A stretch of DNA of 61,919 nucleotides, counting the filler, from Hausera hauseri (lineage: Eukaryota): assembly GCA_046269625.1 (NCBI GenBank). It is 12 parts of 12 records of this genome, joined end to end, with 100 filler letters (N's around TTAATTAATTAA, not from the genome) between each part and the next. Parts side by side here need not be neighbours in the genome. Positions count along the whole stretch, not along the records: positions 19,858 to 24,661 come from JBJURY010429474.1; positions 24,762 to 29,219 come from JBJURY010570228.1; positions 29,320 to 33,719 come from JBJURY010600000.1; positions 33,820 to 37,861 come from JBJURY010799533.1; 8 more parts are not named here. The stretch is one strand, 5' to 3'. The notes under the pieces are model-generated. The model had not been told where the DNA came from. It worked only from the letters and a program-made list of their open reading frames with translations, and did not search any database. The position numbers and the translations under genes were made by a program. Shown piece after piece: positions 23,251 through 34,560 of the stretch (the stretch's first letter is position 1; each line of letters opens with the position of its first letter).

Positions 23251-24002
23251 AACAATTATCTGTGTTTAATGTTTAATAAAATTGTAAGTCTTTTGTGTTG
23301 TTACTTAGATAGTTATAAAACAACAAATTTTATTAGATTACGAAAAAATCTATTAGATTACAATGTCAGAAATTGGGAAATAGGGGTACCCTTGAGAGGT
23401 CCATTTTTATGTCGAGGGTAAATTTTTCGTGGTGGGACCAATTTTTCTCGAGGGGATTAGTTTTTCGGAGGTCTTTGTTCTAAGGGGTAGGAATAGTAAA
23501 ACCCAACATAGATAACAAAAGTCTTTGTTCTATGGGGGTAGTGGTCTTTGTTTTAGTGGATGGGAATAGTGAAACCATTCTGCGCCAGGTGTTAGGGTTT
23601 ACCGAATACTGCTCGCTGATTAGTCAGTTTCCCGTACCCCCGATGACGTGTGCTCTTCTCATTGGCCAATTAAAAATTACTATATACATTGCTCTATTTC
23701 TATTGGTTGCTCATTCTCATTTTCTACACATATTTTCTATCTAAAATTTAGGTTTAAAAATAGAATATATATAAATAAAATATTAATTATACTACTTACA
23801 ATAATAAGTGTGTAAAGAACAAAGGCACTACGTACCTGGATATTATTACATAAAGACAAATTCCAAGAATTAAGCCTAACAAAGGCACTTAGTCAATAAA
23901 AACACATTTTTAACCTATTTTCATTATTTGAAACTTTTTAAAATAACAACATTCTCTTAAAGTATTTAAATTCATTTTTATACTCATTTAAAAATATTCT
24001 AA

Positions 24003-24320
24003 ATGGCTCCTTTCATAGATTTCACTAAATGGTGGAGACCTCTTATTCAAAAACGTATAGACGACACCACCAAACGAATAAAAGAAATTAAAAATAAGTT
24101 AAAAGAAATAAATTCCCAAATCGAATACTTCGACAACATTCCAACCCATGATTGGTATTTCAGGCGAATGACTTTATTAAATGAACGCCTGGATATACTA
24201 CAGGAAATCTCTGAGGACAAAAATAAGCAAGAAATACTTCTACAATTATGGCCTATCGACATTAATGAAATTGTTGAATATATTTATCGAGATATTTTGT
24301 ACGACTTTTATAATCAATAA
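24003..24320 (+). CDS. Orphan 105-aa coiled-coil protein
   Basis: Uninterrupted ATG-TAA ORF in very AT-rich DNA, AATAAA overlapping the stop; heptad-like IKEIKNKLKEINSQIEYF. Confidence 0.45.
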   Translation: MAPFIDFTKWWRPLIQKRIDDTTKRIKEIKNKLKEINSQIEYFDNIPTHDWYFRRMTLLNERLDILQEISEDKNKQEILLQLWPIDINEIVEYIYRDILYDFYNQ

Positions 24321-24761
24321 ATCTTTGTGTTTATCTTATTAGTTTTAAAAAATTTAGTTCAAAAAAACAGTTCACAAAAAAATTATTTTTATATACACAT
24401 AAATGAGCACAATAATAATAATAATATAATAATAATAATAATAATCTACTTTTATATGCACACACAATACGCGAAACTACCTACAGGCGCAGCTATAGGT
24501 GGGGGCCCAATACTGCTCCCTGATTGAGAAGTATTCCTTACCCACCATGACGTGAGTAGGGGGATGTGAGGACACTGCGTCAAGCCCCCCCCCGGGGAAG
24601 GAAAAATTTTCAGATTGACCAATCCGGGAGCAGAAAATTTTGGATTGACCAATCAGAGTGGNNNNNNNNNNNNNNNNNNNNNNNNNNNNNNNNNNNNNNN
24701 NNNNNTTAATTAATTAANNNNNNNNNNNNNNNNNNNNNNNNNNNNNNNNNNNNNNNNNNNN

Positions 24762-27690
24762 CAGAAAAATGTCTTTTGGGTTGTAGATATTACGACGAAC
24801 GTTTTGCGATGGACAGTCCTATCTGTATTCACCACACAAAATTCCACTCTTTAGCCAGATGGTGTGTTCCGGGATGTAAACATTACAAAAACAACTTCAG
24901 TTTTTCTTCATCTTCTTCTCCTCCTCCTTCTTCTTATTAGTCATCTTCTTTTCCTCCACAATCTTCAAAAAACTAAAAAGGCCGCCAGATGTTACGGCAC
25001 ATTTGGGCATAGGCAATACTGCTCAGTCTTCTGGACGTCTTAACACCGCCTCCGCAGTTTTTCTGTTAAAAGCTGCACTATTCTCTAGCAAAACTCCACA
25101 TATCGATTTTCTCATCGATTCAAGATCTGCCTTTTTACTCCTCCCTTTGTCCTTCGTCCCTACATCAATGGCAGTTTCTTCTCCGCTTTTGACTGCCAGC
25201 GGTCAACCTTTGAGAATCGCAGGTACCACGGAACTGGTTTTTACATTTTCAAACTTACCAGGCAAGTTTGTCCGAAAATTTCACGTGGCCAATGTTAAAT
25301 CGCCAATAATCGTCCCAGATTTTTTGGCCGCACACGATCTGCTAATTGACTGCAAGTATGGCTGTTTGTTACGTAGAGACTCCCTCGTGAACGTTAGCAA
25401 TTGTCTAACAGACAGCTCAACAGGCCAATCGTCTGCGAACTCACACGTGAATTTTGCAAACTGCCCGTCGGTTGATAACGATACATCTAGTATTTTATTT
25501 GTTTTCTCAATTACACCTCAAATATCGACGTCGATTTTAAAACAATCGGTTAAACCGAATGTTGACGGCGGCGATGTCGTTCGTTCTTCGCCAATCACAG
25601 TCACCGCCTCCTCTGATAATAGGCCTCAATCCTTTATATCACTAGATTCCAATCTCAAATCTTACATCATTTTTTCTTGTTCTCGCATACTCAAAAATGA
25701 CTCTAGCTTTAAGCCCCTGTCAACAACTTATTACCACATTGTCACTCAACACCAAAGACCTATCAGACAAAAGGTGAGACCATTATCGCCTCGTAGACGA
25801 AAAGCCGTGGAATTAGAGTTTAACGAACTCGAAAAATATGGTATCATTCGGAGGTCCAAATCACCATGGGCTTCACCACTACATGTAGTAGCAAAAAAGG
25901 ACGGTACTTTTCGACCATATGGCGACTACCGTCTAGTAAACAATCTAACCATCATGGATGCTTCCCATTACCGCTCATAAAAGACATCCTGCACAGTCTT
26001 AACAACACCAATACCTATTTAACAATAGATCCGCACAAAGCCTACCATCAAATTCGCGTTGAACCTGATGACATTCCAAAGACTGCTGTCATCACTCCAT
26101 TTGGCCTTTACGAATACATATTTATGCCATTCGGTTTACGTAACGCAGCCCAAACTTTTCAACGCCACATCGACACCGTTCTCTCAGGCCTTGATTTTGC
26201 TCATCCTTACATTGATGACATATTAGTTGCCTCCAAATCCGTGAAACAACACCATGAACATCTCCGAATTATTTTTCAGATTACATTATAGCAACTTACA
26301 AGTTAATTTCTCCAAGTGCAACTTCTTTCAGAAACGTGTCAAGTTCTTAGGCTACATTATCACTCCTCACGGCCACTCTTCACAACCTGATCGACTACAG
26401 CAATTAAAAAACGTAACACTACCGACGACCACTACAGATATGAGAAGTTTTCTTGGCACACTACATTTCGCCCATAAGTACAAATCGCATTGCTCTGAGC
26501 TTACAGCACCTTTCGCACACCTCTCATCCGGAAAGAAAAGACAGTTAATTCAATGGACTCCCGATTTAGTCACCAAATTCGATCACTTACGTGAAGACCT
26601 AAACACCGTCGAAATACTGGCATACCCAAAACCCGACGCGGAGCTAATACTTACCACCAACGCCTCTACCACAGTTACTGGTGCAATACTACACCAAATT
26701 TCCAACGGCGTCGACGAACCTTTGGAATTTTACTCTCCAAAACTCAAACAAACAGAAAGCCAATATTCTACATTTAATCGTGAGCTACTAGCCATAGTTC
26801 TGGCAGTAAAACATTTCAAGCATCTCCTCGCCCGTCCATTTATCATCCAAACAAATCACAAGCCTCTGCTGCACATCATGTCACTAAAACAGCCATCACC
26901 GGGGCAGGAATGACAGATATCGTACATTTAGTTTTGTCATAAAGTATATTTCAGGTACTGAGAATTTGGTCGCTGATTTCCTGTCACGGTCGATCGGCTC
27001 AATTACGGTTGAACCAATATTTTCTACCGAAATTCTAAAGCTCAACCAGCCGTCTGCCGATATTGTTAGCTCTTTAAATCCTTTGAAATCATTGATGGCA
27101 CTGTGTACGACACATCTAACCCCGATAATAAAAAAATCATTATCGCTCCTTCTTTGCAGAAAGCAGCTTTCCTTCACACATTCACTTCATCATCCAGGCT
27201 CAAAAGCCACGTTTCGCTTGCTCCAACGTCATGTAGTTTGGCCATCAATGTGCACAGATGTACAGGGTTGGGTTAAGGAATGCGTCGCCTGTCAAAAATA
27301 CAAAGTCAACAAACATCTTAAACCGCCGCTTTACCATTTCCCATGTACATCACGTTTTCATACCGTCCATCTTGATCTTGTCGGACCTTTATCTTTCGAC
27401 AACGGGTATCAACATATTCTCACTATGATGGATCGTGCTTCTCGCTGGCCTGAAGCCGTCCCTCTCCGTTCAACAAACACTGATTCAGTAGCAGACGCCT
27501 TCATCAAAATCTGGATCAATCGCTTTGGATCCCCACGGCACATCATAACGGACCAAGATCAGCAGTTCGAGTCAGAAATTTTTAAATCGCGTGTTAAATG
27601 CTTGGAGATATCACATTTCCATACAACACCGTACCATCCGCAAGCAAATGGACTCTTTGAAAGATTCCATTGAACTATGAAAATTTCTTG
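24762..27690 (+). mobile_element. pol: Ty3/Gypsy gag C-terminus and pol (PR, RT, RNase H, integrase), frameshifted
   Basis: CIHHTKF..ARWCVPGC; FLIDS; SPWASPLH; GDYRLVN; MPFGLRNAAQTFQ; YIDD; RELLAI; VADFLSR; HLDLVGPL; YHPQANGLFERFH. Confidence 0.95.
24967..25008 (+). promoter_or_regulatory. gag-pol -1 programmed ribosomal frameshift signal
   Basis: A AAA AAC heptamer directly before the gag TAA; 7-nt spacer; GCCG/CGGC and CCAGATGT/ACATTTGG pairings; pol is open in the -1 frame. Confidence 0.8.
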
Positions 27691-28737
27691 CATTGTTATA
27701 ATTAATTTTGAGCCTAATTTACGACTAATTTTCGCACTTTACAACTTCTCATTTTCGATCTATAATACAAAAAATAATTAAATCATATTTATTATGAACA
27801 AATGAACAGAAAAAGAAGTCAAACAGTTTTAAAAATTAAAGTGTGAAAAATTATGACTTTCTGGGAAATATAAGGTTACTGTTTTTTCATTTTTTTAAAC
27901 AAGATAAGTAATATATAGTATTTAACAACAAATGAACTACCTTTATCACGACTGATCAATACAAATATATAAATTGAAAATATTTTATATTTTGGGGTAT
28001 TTAATAAGAATTATTCACCAGTGTTAAAAATTATGACGACCTGTATACATTGACTAAAAGAGTTTAGTTCGAAGTAAAGATGAAATTGCTAGTTTGTTTT
28101 GAGGTAAAATTTAATTCAAATCTGACTTTTATTTAAAATTGAATTTTATATTTCATCCAATAATATTTAACGAAGAATTAATTTTGAACTTAAAATAGCG
28201 GAAATTTCTGTTTGTCGTACCTACAGTCTTTTAAATTCACATTTACTTTTACTTTTAATTCAGTTCAATTTTATCTTTCTGTATTAGATTTAGAACTATC
28301 TATCTTTATATTATAATTTCTGAAAGTGCAAACTTTTAGAATGAAAACTATATTTATTTTAAAATTATGACATTTATACAGTTGTGTGGAGAAGTCTTGA
28401 GTCATTTATTCACACTTAGCAGACATAACTTCACTTTAGAATATTACACAAAAGTCTGGCTTATTGGAAAAAAAATATAAATGTAGAATGTAACTGTCGT
28501 ATTTGAAATCTTTGTATTAAACATACTTTATTATAAGTATCTCTCTATGTCTAAATGTGATTTTCTTCAATGCTTTCATGACAATAACAAGACAGATCCT
28601 TTTAATTGCGTTGACAATAGTAACAGCACAGATTACTATGAATCTTAAGAAAAACATCAGTTATTAACCAAAAAAAATTCAAAGCTGGGGGCAAAGGTGG
28701 CAGGACATTTACTTCCCCAACGACACATAGTAGTGTC

Positions 28738-29037
28738 TCAACAATAACCCTGGATGAAATGTCTGCTAGAGGTTATAGGTTCCACTCGCATGCATACACA
28801 CCTTGTTCTGTTTCTTGTCTCTCCGGGGTTCAGAATCTCTACGTGGTAAAAGCTTGCTTGACGGTTTTCTGGCAGCTGTACAAAATCAATGCCTGAGATA
28901 AACTGTACACTTGCCAAAGTCAAACCCGCTCCCCAAACTGGAGACAGATGAGGTCTAAGGTAGTTCTGGCCATTAAACTGGCTCCATTCCATCTCATGCA
29001 TGCCAATATCTTCAAAGTCCCATTTCAACTCAAGATT
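28738..29037 (-). CDS. Probable host coding exon, unidentified protein
   Basis: About 100-codon open frame in AT-rich DNA, preceded on the minus strand by a pyrimidine tract and CAG acceptor (ttttttccag). Confidence 0.35.
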   Translation of the reverse strand, partial: NLELKWDFEDIGMHEMEWSQFNGQNYLRPHLSPVWGAGLTLASVQFISGIDFVQLPENRQASFYHVEILNPGETRNRTRCVCMRVEPITSSRHFIQGYC

Positions 29038-29319
29038 CTGGAAAAAACATAGAAGTTAATATTTTTTTAAGAAAAATTCTTACATATTTAAGAAAATAAA
29101 CAAAGTGCACATTATAACAACAAAAAAAAAGGCTGAAATGCATTAAAGAGAATTAAACAACCTAAAAGAAGAAAATATCACAAATTAACATTGCAATGTC
29201 GAGAAATTTCCAGTTTTTCNNNNNNNNNNNNNNNNNNNNNNNNNNNNNNNNNNNNNNNNNNNNTTAATTAATTAANNNNNNNNNNNNNNNNNNNNNNNNN
29301 NNNNNNNNNNNNNNNNNNN

Positions 29320-31108
29320 ATCAGTACTGACTGAGCCATTGAGGGGAAGCATCCTAACATAATTTGCCAAGTACAACCACGTACTTTCTTTATACTTCAA
29401 GCGGATCCTATTTGTATTAATATGACCAGTATAGTATAAATTATAACTTATATACCAAAAACTCCAGATGTAACTTGACCAAAAATAAGGAATTTACTCC
29501 AAAAGTCGTAAAGAATCTTTCTGGCTGTTCTTTCTAGATGATCAACTGGCAGCAACATTCCGTAGTTAGGCACACCGTCTGGTCCTTTAGTAACAGTATA
29601 CACAAATTTTTTAATAACTTTTCTCCGATATTCTGAAATAATACTTGCTTTCTTACCGCCTCTAAGTCGGTTAATGAATAAAGTCCACTAGTAGGGAGTT
29701 ACCTGTTTACTTTAAATTTCATAGCTATATCTAACGGTAATAATCCAATGGTTTGAGGAATGTTCGTCGTAGCCGGTGGACGTGTCTTAATCCATCGTCC
29801 GTCATTAAGCTTAAAAGTTGGATAAAAATCTTTGTAGCATAGTGCAAAAGTGATTTCGGTAGGTAATAACAATTTTCGTGTAATCGGGTCTACATACCCA
29901 TATTTGTCTATATTTTTATCTTTGTTCCGCACCATCAGTTCATTCGTACAATTTGCTGTTGGGGATGTTACTGGTGTTACTTCTATGGGCGGACATCGAT
30001 ATACATGAAGTATTTCTCCCTGTACCCTACCAAATATTCCGTGGTGATAACCCATAATCAAAGCGATATATTCGGGAAATTGCCTAGCTAATATCAAGTC
30101 ATGTTGGTTCAGTTTCTGAGCAATTTTACCATCATGTTATACAACTCGATAAAATGCATTTTCGTAGTATAATAGATATAATCTATCTTTTTATTCGTAT
30201 ATAAATACCATTTTATAACTTCAGTTGGTAGCTTTCAAGTATTCACTAGTGTTTCTTTTGTTACAAACAAGTCTTCATAAGATGTTGAATATACCGCGTT
30301 TGATCCACAAGTGGATACTGCTCCCTTGCGTGTTAATACTATTCCATCTTTATCGTTGGATGACATCAATACTTTCAGGGAAGTGGTTTGTTTTAGAGTT
30401 CGTGGGGTAGGTAGACTTATGTTATGGTTGTGTTCTGGTTCCTGGTATTCATCATCATAGTACAGATCGCCTTGTATTTCATACATAGATACTTGTTTCA
30501 GGAAAGCTAATGGACATATCATAATCGTCTTTTCCCAAACTAAAGTAGATTCTCCCAACATGCATACCCCATCAGAATACGTACAGGATGGTCAACATTT
30601 TTCCTGTAATCGCATCTAAGTTTACTTTGTATTCTTTTAGAGTGACAGTATAATCTTCTATTTGCACTACGGAGGATTCCTTTTGACCATTTATCATCAC
30701 CTTTTCCCCTTCGCAACCTCCTCCATACCCAAGCCATATTTTTCCAGCTGTAACTATTCGTGAGTGAACTCGTTTTCCTATACCTGCTTGTACTGGTTGT
30801 TTTAGTCCTACGTGAATTGAATCTACAGCCTTTCTACAAATTGCAGCAATTATTGTTACAGGTTTGGGTAATCCTGGTGGGATAATCACTGAATTCCATG
30901 AATTATGACCACAATTGTAAGCGAATGTTACTTTATTAACTTGGCATTCCTTTACTTGAACTTGTTGATAACTGATTCTCTGATACAAATTGTAATTGTA
31001 AGGACCCTCTTTTTTCACTGATATTGGATTCGCGTTCTGACACTTAAATATATCCATTAACAAAAGTCTGTCTGTTATTTCTGGTTGGGAACAATCATAA
31101 GCTTCCAA
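29320..31108 (-). pseudogene. env: Chuvirus-like class III viral fusion glycoprotein (Env-like); frameshifted, cut at contig end
   Basis: KA|LEAYDC, ECQV...YNCGHNSW, CTYSDGVC.LGESTLVW...CP, CG..VYST, LYTNKKIDY, GEILHVYRC, CTNEL.V, YVDPITR, C-terminal FWSKFLIFGQVTSGVFGI TM region. Confidence 0.88.
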
Positions 31109-31756
31109 TGCTTTGGTCGTTTTCAAGCTGCTCACGGCTATTAAGTATAATAGTAAATGAATGATTTGCACTACCCAATCTGAGATGTTGGTATCCTTGG
31201 GGTATATTAGTGTAGTTGGATCGAATCTCTTGAGAATTTCATCCCAACCACCATGTTTAGTTACCCAATCTTTTGTCAACTTGTCCATATGGTAAGCTAA
31301 TTCCTTTACCGTGTGATGTAGTTTAGCATCAATTTCCGTTTGATTTTTAAAACTAACCACTATACATCCTAGTGCCATCAATAATCGATTCTGATTACAA
31401 TATTTTAATAACCGTGTCAGTGCTTTATTTAAACCTCCTTTCATTTCATATTTATGTAATAACCTCGTGATTTGTGATGAAAATTTTCTGGCAGTTTCTA
31501 TTATGGACTGTAACGGAAATGTTGTAATAGCTGGTATTTGCTTAAGTTGTTATGGGTTTGTTTTCTTAATTAATTGCTCCAGAAGTTCATGAGTTGTCAA
31601 TGTCACTTCTGTTATATTTGTGTTATTCTGATTTGATGTACCCGGCATTGGATTTTGTGTTGGTTCATTTTCATCATCACTGATGGTGAATCGTTGTAAA
31701 TTGTCATATAATATATCTTCTAATGTTTCCCGTTGTTCCCTGCGTTTTCGTGACAA
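31109..31756 (-). pseudogene. Bcl-2-like domain plus hydrophobic signal/anchor, in frame with the glycoprotein (one TAA at 31550-31552)
   Basis: BH1-like LLKYCNQNRLLMALG, BH2 DWVTKHGGWDEI, BH3-like LQSIIETARKF; TM/signal VVQIIHLLLYLIAVSSL. Confidence 0.7.
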
Positions 31757-31804
31757 GGGTCTTTTCTTTCTTTGCCTTTCTGGTTTTTCTTCCTCTTCGG
31801 GTTT

Positions 31805-33280
31805 TTATTTATCACCACTTACTGGGTTAAATTCGCACTTCCGCGGTCTTCCTTCTTTTTTCTTGATACCTATTGCCATAGTAATCTGATAGGTCTTTCC
31901 AGTAGGTAGTCCATAGTCCACAACATAATCATTATCAACGGCCAATCTACCATAAACATCAGTTTTTGCTATTATATTGGTTTCAAAATCTAATTCATCT
32001 AGTACCTTTCTTCGAAGATCCAAAAATTTAGTAAACATTCCTGCTGTAACTTCAATTACTTGTTCTCGCTTGTTGATTTCAATTTCTATATTTATAATAT
32101 ATGGTTGCTTTCTTCTAAGTTTCCGTTTTAAATCTCTTCCTAGCGTCTTTAATAATTTTCTTGCGGCTAAAAAACAAAATATATTATCCTTTGTTAGTGG
32201 AATAAGTAATGATGCGTATTCTATTCGATTAATTAATGGTAGTGTTTCATATTGTCGTAAAGCGTCCCATACCTCATAGGGTGCTGAATCAGTCATTTGT
32301 AATTTGGCTTCAATTGTATTGATTGTTGATTCCAGAAGTTCATCGTATACTATGGAACCTGGTAAAATATTCATTTCTGGAACAAACTCTTGATTTTCAG
32401 TCGGAAGTTGGAAAGTGTCTGACGGAGATATAAGTTCATAATCTAAGACTTCAAACATTTCATCTTCGTCTATTATTATTTGGAGTTCCTTCTGGGATGT
32501 ACTCGGTTGCATTGTGTCTCGAATATTTTCAAATAATGTTGGTTGTTGTGGTGGAGCCGTTGGTTGGATGAATGGTGCGACAAACCTATCGTCATACGGA
32601 TCTATCCATTCTCCAGTTGGTCTAATTCTGACAGGTTTTTGTGAATATTTATCAGCATCTATATCTGGATATCTTTGAGTTATTGGTTCAATTACCGGGA
32701 TTGCTCTAGCTTTTCCAGTTTTCTCTAATTCTCCTATTGTTGGAAAAGCTATTCGTAACATCTTTCGGCTTTCTTGTATCCATGGTACATTATATTCCAC
32801 TCGCACTGTTTTTAGATATTCATTTAAGCATCTTTGTGCCATTATTTCCGAATAATGGCCATTATATAGGTCCAAACATTTGTAGTTCCTGTTTGTCTGT
32901 TCAAAGTCATAGACAGCGGTTAGATTTTCTGGATTTATGTTCATTGTATTTAACAGTTCCGGTAATCGACGTCCAACAATTATTTTTCCTAGTAAATATC
33001 TATTTATAAATTCACTTACCGATTCTTGTCGTTGTGGATTGAACCGTCTGCTATATTCCGTATACTTAGTAGTATCCGGTATGTTTGGACATACATCAAT
33101 ATTGAAGATTGTTTTTCCTTCCAGATTCTTGGCAGTGACCTGAGTAAGTCCTTTTTGGTTCCCTCTAGTTATGCATCTGACAGTAACAATTATTTCTCTG
33201 TCTTGTATCGTAGGTTTATCCACAGTTAACACGGGTGTTTCCTTAAGCAAGTGTATTAAATATACCGGGTAATTATCCAA
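31805..33280 (-). CDS. 491-aa polyprotein segment: inactive DEDDh (ISG20/REX4-like) exonuclease fold, acidic linker, ubiquitin-like domain
   Basis: IIVTVRCIT...QVTAKNLEGKTIFNIDVCP...LLGKIIVGRRL...GHYSEIMA; INIEIE...IEV...LDLRRKV...YGRLAVDNDYVVDYGLPTGKTYQITM; same frame as the Bcl-2/Env ORFs. Confidence 0.6.
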   Translation of the reverse strand: MDNYPVYLIHLLKETPVLTVDKPTIQDREIIVTVRCITRGNQKGLTQVTAKNLEGKTIFNIDVCPNIPDTTKYTEYSRRFNPQRQESVSEFINRYLLGKIIVGRRLPELLNTMNINPENLTAVYDFEQTNRNYKCLDLYNGHYSEIMAQRCLNEYLKTVRVEYNVPWIQESRKMLRIAFPTIGELEKTGKARAIPVIEPITQRYPDIDADKYSQKPVRIRPTGEWIDPYDDRFVAPFIQPTAPPQQPTLFENIRDTMQPSTSQKELQIIIDEDEMFEVLDYELISPSDTFQLPTENQEFVPEMNILPGSIVYDELLESTINTIEAKLQMTDSAPYEVWDALRQYETLPLINRIEYASLLIPLTKDNIFCFLAARKLLKTLGRDLKRKLRRKQPYIINIEIEINKREQVIEVTAGMFTKFLDLRRKVLDELDFETNIIAKTDVYGRLAVDNDYVVDYGLPTGKTYQITMAIGIKKKEGRPRKCEFNPVSGDK

Positions 33281-33719
33281 AGGTTGAATGTGATAGTCTC
33301 ATTTATAAGGATATTTAAGAAGTATCTTTGTTTCTTTGAAACTATTACCGTTTTATTATTAATTTGCAATCGAACTTCTCCCTGATTGGTAATTATAGCA
33401 CATGGTGGATCCTTTCTTTTGATTCGAATTTCAGCCCTTTTACTGTAGATCTTATCAATACCTCCCATGCAAATCGATCCTTGTTCAGCGATATCCGCAA
33501 ACCCTATTCTATCAGTTTTCTTGTCTTCAAACAGTTTATCCCATTTCTGAACAATACTTATGTCCATGTGCTGTAATACTGCTTCTGGAATTAAGGTAGT
33601 ATTACATGTTATTTCATATAAGGATTATCCATCGTTCTTATGCAAAGGTCTACTTGGAAAAATGAAGTATGGAGATCCTTGACGGTTAAGTTTAATCTGA
33701 TACTCTTGTCGTAAATTAT
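33256..33719 (-). pseudogene. Upstream continuation of the same polyprotein (frameshifted, unknown domain)
   Basis: ORF 33256-33567 overlaps the 491-aa ORF; its frame continues, with one stop, to the contig end. Confidence 0.45.
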
Positions 33720-34029
33720 NNNNNNNNNNNNNNNNNNNNNNNNNNNNNNNNNNNNNNNNNNNNTTAATTAATTAANNNNNNNNNNNNNNNNNNNNNNNNN
33801 NNNNNNNNNNNNNNNNNNNATTAAACAAGATATTTTAGAAGTATTCTAATACTGTATCAACCAATTCTAAAGTACATTCATATAATTATACAATGAAAAT
33901 TAGGAACATATTTCAATCACCATGAGCATAAATTATCAATAACTGTCTAAATAGACTGTGGGAAAGAATACAACAGAGGATTAAAATCATCACTTAAATA
34001 TTAGGTCGAAATTTATTGATTTTTTAGAT

Positions 34030-34560
34030 TTCTGGTTACGAAATCACAAATATTGAGATTCGTGTATTGCCGCGTCATTATTCGAGAAAGAATTTGGATA
34101 GAGGTTCCAAAGCAATTTTCGACATTGAAGGTAAAGGTACAGTGGCATTGCGAAATGGACAGAGATTGTCCCAGCGTTTTAGTGAAGGCTATTTTGATCT
34201 TGAAGACAGGCCACGTTCCGGATGACCAACTGTTTTGGACGAAGGAGATTTGCAAGCAGTTTTGGATGTTGAGCCGTCATCAAGAACATGCGAATCGGCT
34301 GAAGAACTTGGTGTCGATCAGCAGACAGTTTGGAATCATCTGAAGCAACTTAACTTTTTCCACAAAAGGCCACTACAAGATCCACACGAGTTGACCGAAA
34401 TGCTAGCCGCTAAACGAATGGAAATTTGCGGCAAGTGCTCAATGATCCCTGGGATGACAGTTTTTGGAAACGAACTGTGACATCAGGCGAGAAGTGGGTC
34501 TACCTAGTCAATTATGATCGAAGAAAGTGTTTCGTCCCAAAAGGTCAAACTCCTTATCCA
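34030..34560 (+). pseudogene. Mariner (Mos1-like) transposase N-terminal fragment
   Basis: EDRPRSG*P; EELGVDQQTVWNHLKQL; DPHELT (WVPHEL); RTVTSGEKWV (TGDEKW). Confidence 0.85.

Noticed and set aside
33256-33567. Cupin/AlkB-like domain at the polyprotein N-terminal side
   Set aside because: Only a vague beta-strand pattern (GEVRLQINNKTVIV) with no metal-binding motif; not supportable without a profile search.
29320-33719. Fusogen-bearing Maverick (glycoprotein assigned to the neighbouring Polinton)
   Set aside because: No Polinton gene or overlap on this contig; adjacency is artificial and the carrier is unknown.
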